The notes beneath the pieces were generated by a model. That model was not told the DNA's origin and did no database searches. It saw nothing but the letters and a program-made list of their open reading frames with translations. A stretch of DNA of 64,000 nt from an uncultured Planctomycetia bacterium (lineage in GTDB: Bacteria; Planctomycetota; Planctomycetia; Pirellulales; S012-138). Where the stretch lies: positions 849,748-913,747 of the forward strand of contig CAWEKV010000002.1 in NCBI GenBank assembly GCA_963809785.1. Reading direction: 5' to 3'. Within the stretch, counting starts at the first letter, position 1, and every line of letters begins with the position of its first letter. This document shows positions 1 to 11,531 of the stretch, piece after piece. The translations under genes and the position numbers were made by a program.

Positions 1-990
1 AGAGCGTGGATTGGAGGGCATCGTCTCCAGACGCCATTCTCGGTACGCGGGCCGCCGGTCGGCTGATTGGCTCAAGGTTAAGTGCTTCCGAGAGGCGGCT
101 TGCCCCGTGTTCGTCCGTTGCATAGAATCCCATCGTATGCTCTCCTTCACGTGAGAGCGGCAATAACTGTACATAAGGTCCGAATAACAAAGTTCGGCGG
201 CGCGGAAGCGAGCCGATGGACGGCCCGGCTTCCACCACCCGTCCATCTACGGGAGAACGTGTGATGGCCGAAAAGTGCCCTGATTGTGTCGGTAGCGGGA
301 AGGTGGGATATGAGGAAATAATGGGTAGCTCTTACACTGGACGACGCGGTACAAAGGTGTGCGGCAGATGTAAGGGATCGGGACGGGTCGAAAAATATAT
401 GGGCACCGACGCCTTGGACCGACCATGCACTTATGAGCGACCAGGTTGTTTCCCCGCTGGCACTCGCATCGAAACACCGCGCGGTGTTGTTGATATCGCT
501 TCAGCAAAAGAAGGTGACATTGTTCTCGCATTCGACCGCAGCCGAAATATGTTGCGTAGCCGAAGGATCATCAAGGTCTGCAAATATGGGAAGAACACGA
601 TATGGGAGATAGTCTTCACGGACGGGAAAAGAATTCGGACGACTGCCAGCCACTCTTTTTGCGTTGGCCATATCTGGAGACAGGCTCGCCAAATCGTTGC
701 GACTGATTACCTCTGCTGCCTCGATGCATCTGGACGAATTGCGACGCGACAAGTGGCCATGTCGTCTTCGACAACCGAATTAGAAGAGGTGTTTAATCTC
801 ATAGTTGACGGAGATTTTTCATTCGTCGCCGACGGACTCGTGGCTCACAGCTTCTCCTACTTCAGGGCGCTTCGGATATTGGGGTGGAGCGTTTACAGTA
901 TGATTCAGGACTGGATTCGCGCCGCCCGCCACATCGCCGCAACGCATCCACCGAACTTCGGATGCCCTCATCGGCCCAAATCCCGTACGG
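1..990. mobile_element. Probable right end of a genomic island integrated in lepA
   Basis: Lower-GC accessory genes abut a decapitated lepA 3' end. No integrase is visible in the window. Confidence 0.45.
2..154 (+). pseudogene. C-terminal fragment of an ATP-dependent DNA ligase (LigC/LigD-like adenylation domain), truncated before the OB domain; runs off the window edge
   Basis: Frame 2 (not in the ORF track) reads ERGLEGIVSRRHSRYAGRRSADWLKVKC, matching ligase motifs IV (EGIV) and V (WLKVK). Stop TGA at 152-154. Confidence 0.7.
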
Positions 991-1079
991 CAGCAGGGAC
1001 TACGACTTGTTGGGCTACGTCGCCGCCGATCTGGTGCGGATGGACATCCTGGTGGCCGCCAATCGCGTGGACGCGCTGA
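264..1079 (+). CDS. DnaJ-type CxxCxGxG zinc-finger peptide fused to a Hint (intein/Hedgehog-like) domain
   Basis: RBS-like GGGAGA before ATG 264. Motifs CPDCVGSG and CGRCKGSG. Hint block A G|CFPAGT (Cys at 447), block B TASH, and blocks [23 protein letters not shown] (to 851). Visibly lower GC than the rest of the window. The 3' tail overlaps the lepA remnant out of frame. Confidence 0.85.
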   Translation: MAEKCPDCVGSGKVGYEEIMGSSYTGRRGTKVCGRCKGSGRVEKYMGTDALDRPCTYERPGCFPAGTRIETPRGVVDIASAKEGDIVLAFDRSRNMLRSRRIIKVCKYGKNTIWEIVFTDGKRIRTTASHSFCVGHIWRQARQIVATDYLCCLDASGRIATRQVAMSSSTTELEEVFNLIVDGDFSFVADGLVAHSFSYFRALRILGWSVYSMIQDWIRAARHIAATHPPNFGCPHRPKSRTAAGTTTCWATSPPIWCGWTSWWPPIAWTR

Positions 1080-1390
1080 GCGTCATCTGCCACCGCGGCG
1101 ACGCCGACCGCCGCGGCCGGGCGGTGGTCAAGAAGCTCCGCACCGAGATCGACCGCCACATGTTCGAGGTGGTCCTGCAAGCCGCCATCGGCAGCCGGGT
1201 GATCGCCCGCGAAACGATCTCGGCCATCCGCAAGAACGTCACCGCCAAGTGCTACGGCGGCGACATCACCCGCAAGCGCAAGCTGTGGGCCAAACAGCGC
1301 GAGGGGAAGAAGCGGATGAAATCGATCGGCTCGGTCGATATCCCGCAGAAGGCGTTCCTGGCGGTGCTGGATACGGGGCAGGAAAAGTAG
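986..1390 (+). pseudogene. lepA: 3' terminal fragment of elongation factor 4 (LepA)
   Basis: Reads [19 protein letters not shown]...[43 protein letters not shown], the LepA C-terminal domain. LepA similarity stops abruptly upstream of ~986 and there is no GTPase domain. Confidence 0.9.
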
Positions 1391-1604
1391 TGGCGTAGCA
1401 CACTTCGAGTGCCGAAAGGCGGGCCAGCATTCCTACCCGCCTGGTACACCCCACGAGTGGGTAAGGGAGTGGCTCCGAGCGCGTCTCGCGCGTCCCGCCG
1501 CTCCCTCGCTTGCGCGGCGGGTCAGTGTGCTCCACGGCTTGTCGAAGGCCGAGCCAAGGACCACAATTTGCCTTCCCCCCGTACCGCCGTCAGAGAGCAA
1601 CGCA

Positions 1605-2857
<1,253 letters not shown>

Positions 2858-2860
<3 letters not shown>

Positions 2861-3074
2861 CAAGGTGACAAGGTGACAAGGTGAGAGGGGGCTTTGCCCA
2901 AGAACCGCCCGTTCATTGCCCAAGAGGCCGAACATCAACACTCAACATCGAACATCCAACGTCCAACATCGAACGGATGTTACATGAACACGTTCGATGT
3001 TGGACGTTGGATGTTCGATGTTGGATGTTCTTCACCTTGTCACCCTGTCACCTTGTCACCCTGTCACCTTGTCA
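2858..3074. repeat. Nested inverted arrays of tandem short repeats: outer ACAAGGTG octamers, inner AACATCG/AACGTCC heptamers
   Basis: 2858-2886 pairs with 3032-3074, and 2930-2974 pairs with 2992-3030. Lies between convergent genes. Confidence 0.9.
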
Positions 3075-3079
3075 TGTCC

Positions 3080-3928
3080 TCATCCCCCGAACCCGCTGTA
3101 CCGCCGCAGCCCGGCGCACCACGCCACGCGGCAGACGACGATGAAGAACACTACCCAGGCGGCTTGCCATAACAATCCGGAGACGATCTCTTCGCGTGGC
3201 ACCTTGCCCAGGAACACGGCCGAGGGGAAAAAGGCCAGGTACTTCAGCGGGATGAACTCGACAATCGACCGCCACGGCTCGGGCAGCATATCGAGCGGGA
3301 ACATGTGGCCCGAGAAGAAGAAGTTGAACAGCATGTAGACGAACAGCAGCGAGCTGACCTCCAGCCACCAGAAGCCGACCATGCCGATGGCCGCCTCGAG
3401 GAAGAAGCCCGAGCAAAAAAGCCATCATCAGCGAGGCCAGGAACGCGGCCCAGGTGGCCGCATCGGGCGTGTGCACGAAATAGTCGCGGCAGAGAAAGAA
3501 CACCAGGGCGAACGGCACGGCCGCCACCAGGTAATACACCAGCTTGTGCGCCACCCGCGTGATCAAGAGAAAGCCGATCATATCGACCGGCTGGATGAGA
3601 TACTTCTTGATCTCGCCGTCGCGAATCTGCCGGGCAATGCCGCTGGAGAGGCCCGGCATGCTGGAGAATGCCCGCGCCACCATCGTCAGCAGGTAGTAGG
3701 CGACAAACTCCTCGTAGCTATAGCCGGCGAGCTGCGTTTTCCCCGTGGCCTCGAAGATGGCCCCCCACAGAAAAATCTGTGTGACGATCGGCAAAAACCG
3801 CATCAGCGTGCCCAGGGCGAAGTCGGCCCGATAGACCAGCCGCTCTTCGATGCAGATGCGGAGGATGGTCCACCAGGTCGCCGGCACGAAGCGAAGGTGG
3901 GTGTCAGGCGAACAGCGTCGGTAGACAT
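3080..3928 (-). CDS. ABC-2 family transporter permease (frameshifted)
   Basis: [50 protein letters not shown]-terminal [10 protein letters not shown]; multiple TM helices. Confidence 0.85.
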
Positions 3929-4270
3929 AGCGATGCTTCGCCCGATTACCTTGATTCGTCCCGGAATGGACCGCCGTAATCGCCCTCACCGAACGGCGCG
4001 CTCAGCGGGCGGAAGCATGTCAGTGCCGCGAAGCGTCCAGAACGGTAATTGTCGCCAGGTCCTTCCCACGATAGCGCAGATTCTAACGCAGTGCCACGTT
4101 GCCGCAGAAGATGTCTGCGAGCGGGGTTGCCGCGGAGAAGCACTCTCTGTCCGTAGGGACCTTCCGCAATTGCGTCGGCTGCGGAATTAGACCAGGCTGC
4201 CCAAGGCGCGTTACGATGGGCGCAGCTGCCCAAACCCTTTCTCGGTTTTGTTGCCCAAGAGGGTGCTGTT

Positions 4271-5127
4271 ATGCGGTCTACTTTCATGCGTGCTGCCCTA
4301 TGTTCGACGTGCGTTGCCATGCTGGGGACGGCCGGAGTTACGGCTCCCGTGCTTGCCGAGGATCGCGATGGCGGCAACTCGAATGTGATCGTGCTGCCCG
4401 TCAAGACGGACCTCCAACGGACGGTGTTCGGGATCGACAAGAACACCAAGGCTTGCGTGCTGGTCAACAGCGACGGCCTGCGGCGCGACGACGACGCGCT
4501 CCATTGGTCGTCGCTGGACTTCGAGGCCCTGGCCAAGGCGCTGGCGCCCTACAAAGAGAGCCCCAGCAAAGCGAGTCCGAGCAAAATGGGCAACGAGCCG
4601 GCGGTCGTCTTCCACGTCTATCACGAGCCGCGGCCTGACGACGACCAGCGGTTCCGCAAGCTGCTGCGGTGGACGCTGGTAGGCTTCGGCCAGGAGCAGG
4701 GCTTCCGCCGTGCCCGCTGGGTCGAGACTCCGGGCTTCCCTGGGCCGAGCGCATCGCCGCCATCGAACGCAAGACGGCGGGAAAGACCGATGCCGACGAG
4801 CCGGCGACGGGCAACGAGCTGGTCACGGTCAACCCCGTTCGCACCGTGCTCAGCCGGCATCTTCTCTTGAACGCCGACTGCGTGGTGACGATCGCCCCGC
4901 TGATGACGGAAGACTCCGGCGGCGGCTTTCCCGCCAACGTCGAAGACGCCATCCGCCGCTATGTCCCCGAGGTGAAGCTGGAGGAGAAAGGAATGCTGCT
5001 GTTCCGCATTCGCTGCAAGCTCTCGGCCCGAGAGGTCTCGGAGAAGTTTTACAAGTCGGCGGCCAGGTCGCTGGCCGAGTCCCTCGGCTTCGACGGCCAC
5101 AACGTGCAGACGAACTTCGAGCGCTGA
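4271..5127 (+). CDS. Secreted hypothetical protein (one frameshift near 4740)
   Basis: Signal-peptide-like N-terminus. ORFs 4271-4870 and 4669-5127 join into one coherent protein ending just before tmk. Confidence 0.6.
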
Positions 5128-5133
5128 TGCGAC

Positions 5134-5736
5134 ATGTTCTTTTCCTTTGACGGCATCGACGGCGTCGGCAAGTCCACGCAGGCCCGGCTGTTGGCCGCCT
5201 GGCTGCGCGAGCGGGGCCGCGAAGTGGTCGAATGCCGCGACCCGGGCAGCACGGCCGTGGGCGAGAAGGTCCGCGGCATCTTGCTCGACACGCGCTCCAC
5301 GATTTCGCTGCGGGCCGAAGCGCTGCTCTATATGGCCGCCCGCGCCGAAATGGTCGAGGAGATCATTCGCCCGGCGCTCGAGGCAGGCAAAGTCGTGGTC
5401 AGCGACCGGTTTCTGCTCTCGAACGTCGTCTATCAGGGCCACGCCGGCGGGCTGGACGTGGAGATGCTGTGGCGGCTGGGCGAGATCGCCACTGCCGGCG
5501 TGCGGCCCGACCTGACCTTCGTGCTCGACATGGAGATCGCCGGCGCCGATGCGCGGCTTAATCGGCAGCTCGACCGCATGGAGCAAAAGGGAAGCGACTA
5601 TCGCCAGCGGCTGCGGCAGGGCTTTCTGGCCGAGGCGGCCAAAGCGGACCGGCAAATCGTGGTGATTTCGGCTGAGGGCCAGATCGAGGCGGTGCAGGAG
5701 CGGATTCGACGCGCGGCTAGTCGCGTGTCATGCTGA
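5134..5736 (+). CDS. tmk: Thymidylate kinase
   Basis: FDGIDGVGKSTQ P-loop, RDPGST, VVSDRF, YQG and PDLTFVLD. Confidence 0.95.
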   Translation: MFFSFDGIDGVGKSTQARLLAAWLRERGREVVECRDPGSTAVGEKVRGILLDTRSTISLRAEALLYMAARAEMVEEIIRPALEAGKVVVSDRFLLSNVVYQGHAGGLDVEMLWRLGEIATAGVRPDLTFVLDMEIAGADARLNRQLDRMEQKGSDYRQRLRQGFLAEAAKADRQIVVISAEGQIEAVQERIRRAASRVSC

Positions 5737-5747
5737 GCGCAAGGCCA

Positions 5748-5804
5748 GTAGCAGGCACGCTCCGCGTGCCGTCACGCAGACGGCACACCGAGTGTGCCTA
5801 CTAC
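5748..5804. repeat. REP doublet, family A (GTAGCAGGCACnCTCCGyGTGCCGTC ... GACGGCACnnnGAGTGTGCCTrCTAC)
   Basis: Inverted pair between convergent tmk and hisC. Related copies at 16033, 23608, 26607 and 32845. Confidence 0.85.
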
Positions 5805-5809
5805 TTTGG

Positions 5810-6864
5810 CTACACCATCCCCTTGAGCAGCCCCAGGCAGGCGTCGATCTGCTCGTCCGTGCCCACGGAGATCCGCAGCCCGTCGGGCCAGCCGGCATAG
5901 TTCATATACCGCACCAGCACGCCGCTGCGCTTGAGCTGCTCGTAAAGCGGCTTGACCGGCACCTTGGGGTGCGGGCACCAGACAAAGTTCGACTGCGACG
6001 GCACCGGCTCGAAGCCCAGTGACCTGGCTCCTTCGGTGAGCCGCTGCCGGGAGGCGATGATCTTGGCGCGCGTCTCGAGCGAGCCAGGCCTGGTCGTCGA
6101 TGGCGGCCGTGGCGGCGGCAATCGAGAGGGCGTCGCAGTTGTACGAGTCCTTGAGCTTCTCCAACTCGCGGATAATGTGCGGCTGGGCCACCAGGAAACC
6201 GAACCGCAGCCCGGCCAACGCGTATGACTTGCTCAGCGAGCGCGAGACCATGATCTTGTCGCTGCGCCGCACCAGTTCCAGGCAGTGCCGGTCGGCGAAA
6301 TCGACGTAGGCCTCGTCGATGAGGATCGGGCAGGGCAGCCGCTCGGCGAACTGGAGGATCGCCTCCGCCGACAGCATGGTGCCGGAGGGGCTGTTGGGGT
6401 TCGGGCAGGAACACCAGCCGCAGGTCGGGGGCCGGCTCGGCGAAGCGGGCCGACATCGACCAATCGCGCTCGAAGGTCACTTCCTGGCTCTTGGCTCCCT
6501 GAATCTGAGCCAGCGTCTTGTAGAGGATATAGCTGGGATACGGCAGGCGGAGGAGCTGCCCTTGGCCGACGAAGGCCCGTGTGATGATCGTCAGCAGCTC
6601 GTCGCTGCCGTTGCCGCAGAGAATCCATTCGGGTGGAAAGCCGAAGAGCTCGCCGGCCCGCGTGCGAAAGGCCGTGGCCATCGGGTCGGGATACTTGGCC
6701 AAGCCGCCGCGCAGCGTCGCTTCGATCGCCCGGGCCACGGCCGCCGAGGCCCCGTAGGGGTTCTCGTTGGTGTTGAGCTTGATGAACTTTCCGCCCTGTG
6801 GCTGCTCGCCCGGCACGTAGCCGGACATGGCGGCGATCTCGGGGCGGACGTAGCTGCTCGTCAT
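5810..6864 (-). CDS. hisC: Histidinol-phosphate aminotransferase (frameshifted)
   Basis: YVPGEQP, KLNTNENPY, GNGSDE, IDEAYVDF, RSLSKSYALAGLRFG and LRISVGT. Confidence 0.93.
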
Positions 6865-7541
6865 GGCTTGCCGCCCTGCTTCTTGGTGCGAAGTTGCCAG
6901 CGCTCGTGGAGTGCCATGCCCAGGGCGCTCGCGTTGGTTTGCTCTTCGGGCGTCGTCCGCTCTTGCAGCTTGGCGAGCAGCCGCCACCAGGCCGGTCCCG
7001 CGGGCTTTGGCTGGCCGGCGAGGCTGGCCAGCGGCTTTCCCTTCGCCACGGGCATCGCCAGCCGCGGGGCCAATTGCGGCATCGCCAGGAACGCATCCGC
7101 CAGGCCGAGGAGATCGTCGAGAAACGCCTCTCGTTGAGACCATTGCAGCATCGCGTACTGGTCGGCCTTCCACAAAAACCAGACACGCGCGAGCTCGGTC
7201 AGGTTCTCCTGCAATTGGCGCAGTTGCTCGGGGTTCAGGTCTTGATCCGGCCGCCAATCGCGGCGTGTGCGGAAAAACTGTTCCAGCCGCATGGCCAGGG
7301 CGAGCTGATTCTCACGCGGCGCCTTGGTCAGGTCCTGTGCCACCAGCAGACGCAGCTCCTGGTCGCCGGCAGGCAGAACCGGCTCAGCCAGAGGTCCGGC
7401 CCTCGCCGATGCCCGCACCAGCTCCGCGGGGGCCAAGCGGCCGGCCCCTTGGCGCAGCACGGCCACCGCCGCCGCGAGCGACACCGTGAGGCAGACCGCG
7501 AAGGCCCCGACCGTTACAATCTGACGCAAGCGACGGGACAT
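6861..7541 (-). CDS. Hypothetical membrane-anchored protein, translationally coupled to hisC
   Basis: 226-aa ORF with an N-terminal hydrophobic helix. Its stop overlaps the hisC ATG (ATGA). Confidence 0.7.
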   Translation of the reverse strand: MSRRLRQIVTVGAFAVCLTVSLAAAVAVLRQGAGRLAPAELVRASARAGPLAEPVLPAGDQELRLLVAQDLTKAPRENQLALAMRLEQFFRTRRDWRPDQDLNPEQLRQLQENLTELARVWFLWKADQYAMLQWSQREAFLDDLLGLADAFLAMPQLAPRLAMPVAKGKPLASLAGQPKPAGPAWWRLLAKLQERTTPEEQTNASALGMALHERWQLRTKKQGGKP

Positions 7542-7545
7542 GTTG

Positions 7546-7713
7546 AGGCTTCAGGCTTCAGACTTCAGACTTCAGACTTCAGACTTCAGGCTTCAGACTT
7601 CGGGCTTCAGGCTTAGAGTTCAGGGGTGGGACGTTGCGATACGGCCTCGGAAGACCTTGGTGGCGAGGGGAGATGCTCTCCTCCCGAAGCCTGAAGCCTG
7701 AAGTCCGAAGCCT
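7546..7713. repeat. Inverted arrays of CTTCAG(A/G) heptamers
   Basis: About 9 tandem units at 7546-7614 and 4 complementary units at 7684-7713. Confidence 0.9.
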
Positions 7714-7755
7714 TTCCCTCTTGTACCCTGCCGCCGCTCACCTGGGCAACCCGGC

Positions 7756-8064
7756 ATGACTAGCCCGCACGACCCGTGGACCGCGCCGCACCGCGAGGAC
7801 CGACAGTTCTCGATTGCTGGCCTGTTGGCGCTCATGACCGTGGTTTGCGTGGCGTTGGCGCCGGCGCGATACGTTCGTCCGAGCGTCTTTGCCGGCATCA
7901 TAGGCGCGGTTGCTGTACTGACGATGGCCGTGATCTCTCGGCTGCGCCTGCCCAGCGCGATCGCTTATCTGGCCTGGTGGTGCCTGCTGGTGCTGTACGT
8001 CATCGCGGCCATCGTGGCAGCCTGGGAGATGCCGGCCGAGACAGACGAAATAGGGCGGCTGTAA
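7756..8064 (+). CDS. Small multi-TM hypothetical protein with N-terminal RQFSIAGLL motif
   Basis: Three hydrophobic segments; plausible codon usage. Confidence 0.65.
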   Translation: MTSPHDPWTAPHREDRQFSIAGLLALMTVVCVALAPARYVRPSVFAGIIGAVAVLTMAVISRLRLPSAIAYLAWWCLLVLYVIAAIVAAWEMPAETDEIGRL

Positions 8065-8234
8065 GCGATCACGACACGCTGCGTTTCCCCGAGGAGGCCA
8101 GTGCGAGAAGGCCGGCGATTGAGCCCCAGCAAGAAGCGCGAGCCGACAACGGTCCGCGTCACGGAGCGTGCGCTCGGGAGCGGTTCAGTACGAATCGGCA
8201 GCGCACGTCGCGTCTCCGGCAAACCGGGGTTTGA

Positions 8235-8264
8235 TTGACACGCCGCGGCGCGGGACCCTACTCT
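8235..8264 (+). promoter_or_regulatory. Putative sigma70 promoter
   Basis: TTGACA-N18-TACTCT, about 45 nt upstream of ATG 8310 (RBS GGAGG). Confidence 0.5.
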
Positions 8265-8309
8265 TAGTCATCCTTTCTCTCACCTCGTCGATTCGTCGGA
8301 GGCGGTCTC

Positions 8310-11300
8310 ATGCAAGGCACTCCGGTTCTGATGCGCATCACGGCGATCGCTGCCACCTTGGTCTGCGGCCTCGGCCCCAGAGACACTCCTGCGCAAGATT
8401 TGCCCACCGTCCCGCTCAAGGGGGGCCTATCCGCGGACTTCGCGTTGAACCCGCAGACGGGCGACCTGGCGGCGGTCAGGCCGGACAACAACACGGCCAC
8501 GCTTTACTCAGACGCCTACCTGCGCCGTGGCAAGGATCGCCGCCCCCCGTGAGCACGCCCGTCGGCAAAACGCCGGTGTCCGTGACGTTCAAACGCTACA
8601 AGGACAAAGCCTATTTCGCGGTCGCCTGCCTGCGCGACGCGCATTTGTACCTGCTGGATGCCGGCAAGTTCGACCTGGTGAAGAAGGTGCCCCTGGTGAG
8701 TTCCGACGTCACACTCGTCACTACAGCGACGAACGAGGCGGATCCGTTTTTGTACTACTGCTACCGGAACGGGGTCGAGGATTTCACGGGGCGGGTGAAC
8801 CTGGAAAGGATGGCCGACGAAGGTACCTTGTTCCATGACTCGACGGAGTGTGCCGTCTCGGCCAGCGGCTGGCTATTGTATCGGCGCGATGGCTATTCTC
8901 CCTCGGAGTTCGAATGCATGCGCCGCCGAGAAAGCCAGACAGGAGGCAAGCCGCGCTTCGACCGCCTCTTTTACGACCACGATAAGCATTCGACATTCGT
9001 TCCCGATCCGTTCGATCGATACACTGCGTCCGGCAAAGCCATCTATACCGCCACTCTACGCCAGAAAGTCGCCGAGCTTGACTTCACGCCGTTATGCTTT
9101 GTCCCGGATCGTCCGGTTATCGCCGGACTGAGCGGAGACGAATGGTACGGGTTGAGTATTGATCTAGGCGCACCATTCGATGAGGTGCGTCCGCGGGACC
9201 TCATCACCGCCTCCTATAACAGCTTTGAGAACACCAGCAGGACGAAGCTGCCTGCAACGCTTTTCGACAAGATCCGGCTCAGTAGACCGACCGCGGACGA
9301 CATGGAGTTGTGGCGGGTGCGTTATCACCTTCGGATGTTCGTCGATCCCAAGCGTGACCGCATCGTGATCGCCGCCAAAGATCAGGCAGTCCTGGTGCCG
9401 CTGGAAGCCTTGAAATTGAAGGACGAACCGCTCTGCAGGTTCAGGCAGACGAATCGTCATGGCTGCCAGTCGGCAAAGCGACCACGGTAAAGCTGACGAA
9501 GGTCGATCCACGAACGAAGATCGCCATCGAAGTTGCTCCCACGGGAGTCAAGGTCACGGACGAAGGCCTGCATTGGACCCCCAGCCGGGATGACGTTGGC
9601 GAAGCGAAAATCAAGCTCCGGCTTTCCCACCAGGCCGGCGATGAGAAGTACCAGAGCGTGCAAACGCTGTTGTTCCACGTTGCCCAGCCGCACTACCCGC
9701 TCCCCTTCGACCCGCAGGGGTTGGCCATTACGGATGATGCGGCCCTGGCCCTGTGCTGGTCCAGCCGGCTAACCGATGAGGCTCCCCGTCGAGTGTCGGA
9801 TGAAGCTCGCGAGCCAGACATCACGCGAATACTGCTGCTCGATTTGAGCAGTGGGAAGATCGTATCGCAGAAAGTGCTGCCCTATCGCGTGGGCAGCGCG
9901 GCCGTGGACCAGCACCATGTTTACGTCTCACCGACCAATACCGCCCGCATCGAGGCACTGTCGCATCGAGACCTGTCTCGCCAGAAGCAAGCCTTTCTGG
10001 ATAGCCCGGTAATTCACCTCAAGTCGTTGGCGGGCAAGTTCCTGTTTGCGCAAACTGCCGATCCCGCAGAGCGTCTATTCACCGACGCCTGGTTCTCGCT
10101 ACCGGACTTGAAGCGCGTCCAAACCCTTTCGGCGAAGCCGGACGACGAGCTTTCGCGGCCGCGCGTCTTCGGTGGCAAGATGTCGCCGCGGCTGCCCTAT
10201 GCCCGGCTCCACGACGGTTGGCTGCAAGACGGCATCGTCTACGACGCCGAGTTCAAGGAAGCCCGTCTGATCGCAACCCCGCAGGGCTTTCGGTCCGTGT
10301 CCAGCGAGCCATCGCCGTTGAGCGCCATTGGTCCGTGGCGAGTCGAAACGGAACCTGCCGACCCGCACCGGCGGGGCTGGGGTCCCGCCGATGACCCTAC
10401 GGCCGTGCTTGAGGACGCGCCCATCCGGCTGGTGCTGTCGGCCAGCGAGCGCAGAGAGGTGATGGGGGACGTGGAGCGGGCAATCTGGACCGTAGAGCTG
10501 AAGACACTGGACCTGCTGGGCAGCCCGCAGAGCTCGACCATTCGGCTAGCTCAGTACGAGGACTACCGCCACTGGAGGGGAGGGGAACGCAGTTATCCGC
10601 GGTTGGCCGCCGCTGGCAAAACCGCGGTGGCGGTGCATGACGACCGGCTGTTCCCGCACACGTTCGAGAAGGTAGATCGCGAGGCGTTTCCCGTGCCGCT
10701 GCGATTTAAGCTGGCGCAGTCGCTGAAGGTCGTTCCATTAGACGGCGAGTCGCAGCTCAAGCATGAATTGCTGGGCGGCCAAGGGCCGTACGAATCAGCA
10801 CTGATCACGCAGCGGGCGGAGTTCTCGCTCGACCCCAAGACGGCCACGATCACCGTAGATGGACCCGCGCTGGCGAAGGCGGCCGAAAAGGCACTGCTCG
10901 AGCAATGGCTGAAACGCCCTCTGCGACGGAGCCAAGACAAGGATGAACCGTCTGCCGCCGAGGAGTTGGCCGCCTACGTGGCCGGGACACGGGCCGCGTT
11001 TGAGAACATAGCGGGGCGCGCTCCCGCGGGCGTGCCGGTTCTGGTTCCCGTCGGTCTGCGCGGCCTGGACAGCCAGTCACAGACGGCTCAGCTTCATTAC
11101 TACGTCTTCGCAGAGCTGCCGCGCAAAGGACTGGAGGAGAAGCTCGCCGCGGGTCGCGAAAGCCGACTCGCCAAGCATAGGGAGGTGGAAGCTCAAGAGC
11201 TTGAGAAGGAAGGGCGCAAGAAGGCATCGCCCAGCACGCCGGCCGATGCGGCCGCGATCCGGGAGCTGCGCGCGCAGGTCGGCGATTTAGAAAAGCGATT

Positions 11301-11382
11301 GGAGCGCCTCGAGGGGAAGTTAGATTTGCTGACTCGGTTATTGTCGAAGAAATTGGATGAACTCGATGAAAAGAGAAAGTAG
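8310..11382 (+). CDS. Large secreted hypothetical protein (beta-propeller-like regions, putative Ig/cadherin-like segment, C-terminal coiled coil); frameshifted
   Basis: Signal peptide. ORFs 8310, 8168 and 9658 join. An Ig-like motif PTGVKVTDEGLHWTP...VGEAKIKL lies near 9540. C-terminus LEKRLERLEGKLDLL. Confidence 0.6.
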
Positions 11383-11531
11383 CCAAGCTGGTGGCCCACG
11401 GGCAGTCGGCTGAGGCGGACTGAGTTCTTGTGCTGCGCGTGTCCGTTGTGTGTTTGCCCAGGCAGACCCAACGAGGTGCGCTGTCGCCGTCGATCTTTCC
11501 CATTGTGCCGCACTGCTCTTATCATGGCGGC

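Noticed and set aside
447..851. Canonical intein interrupting a host gene, or a polymorphic toxin
   Set aside because: There is no terminal Asn or +1 nucleophile, no recognisable split host protein, and no toxin domain or immunity gene downstream.
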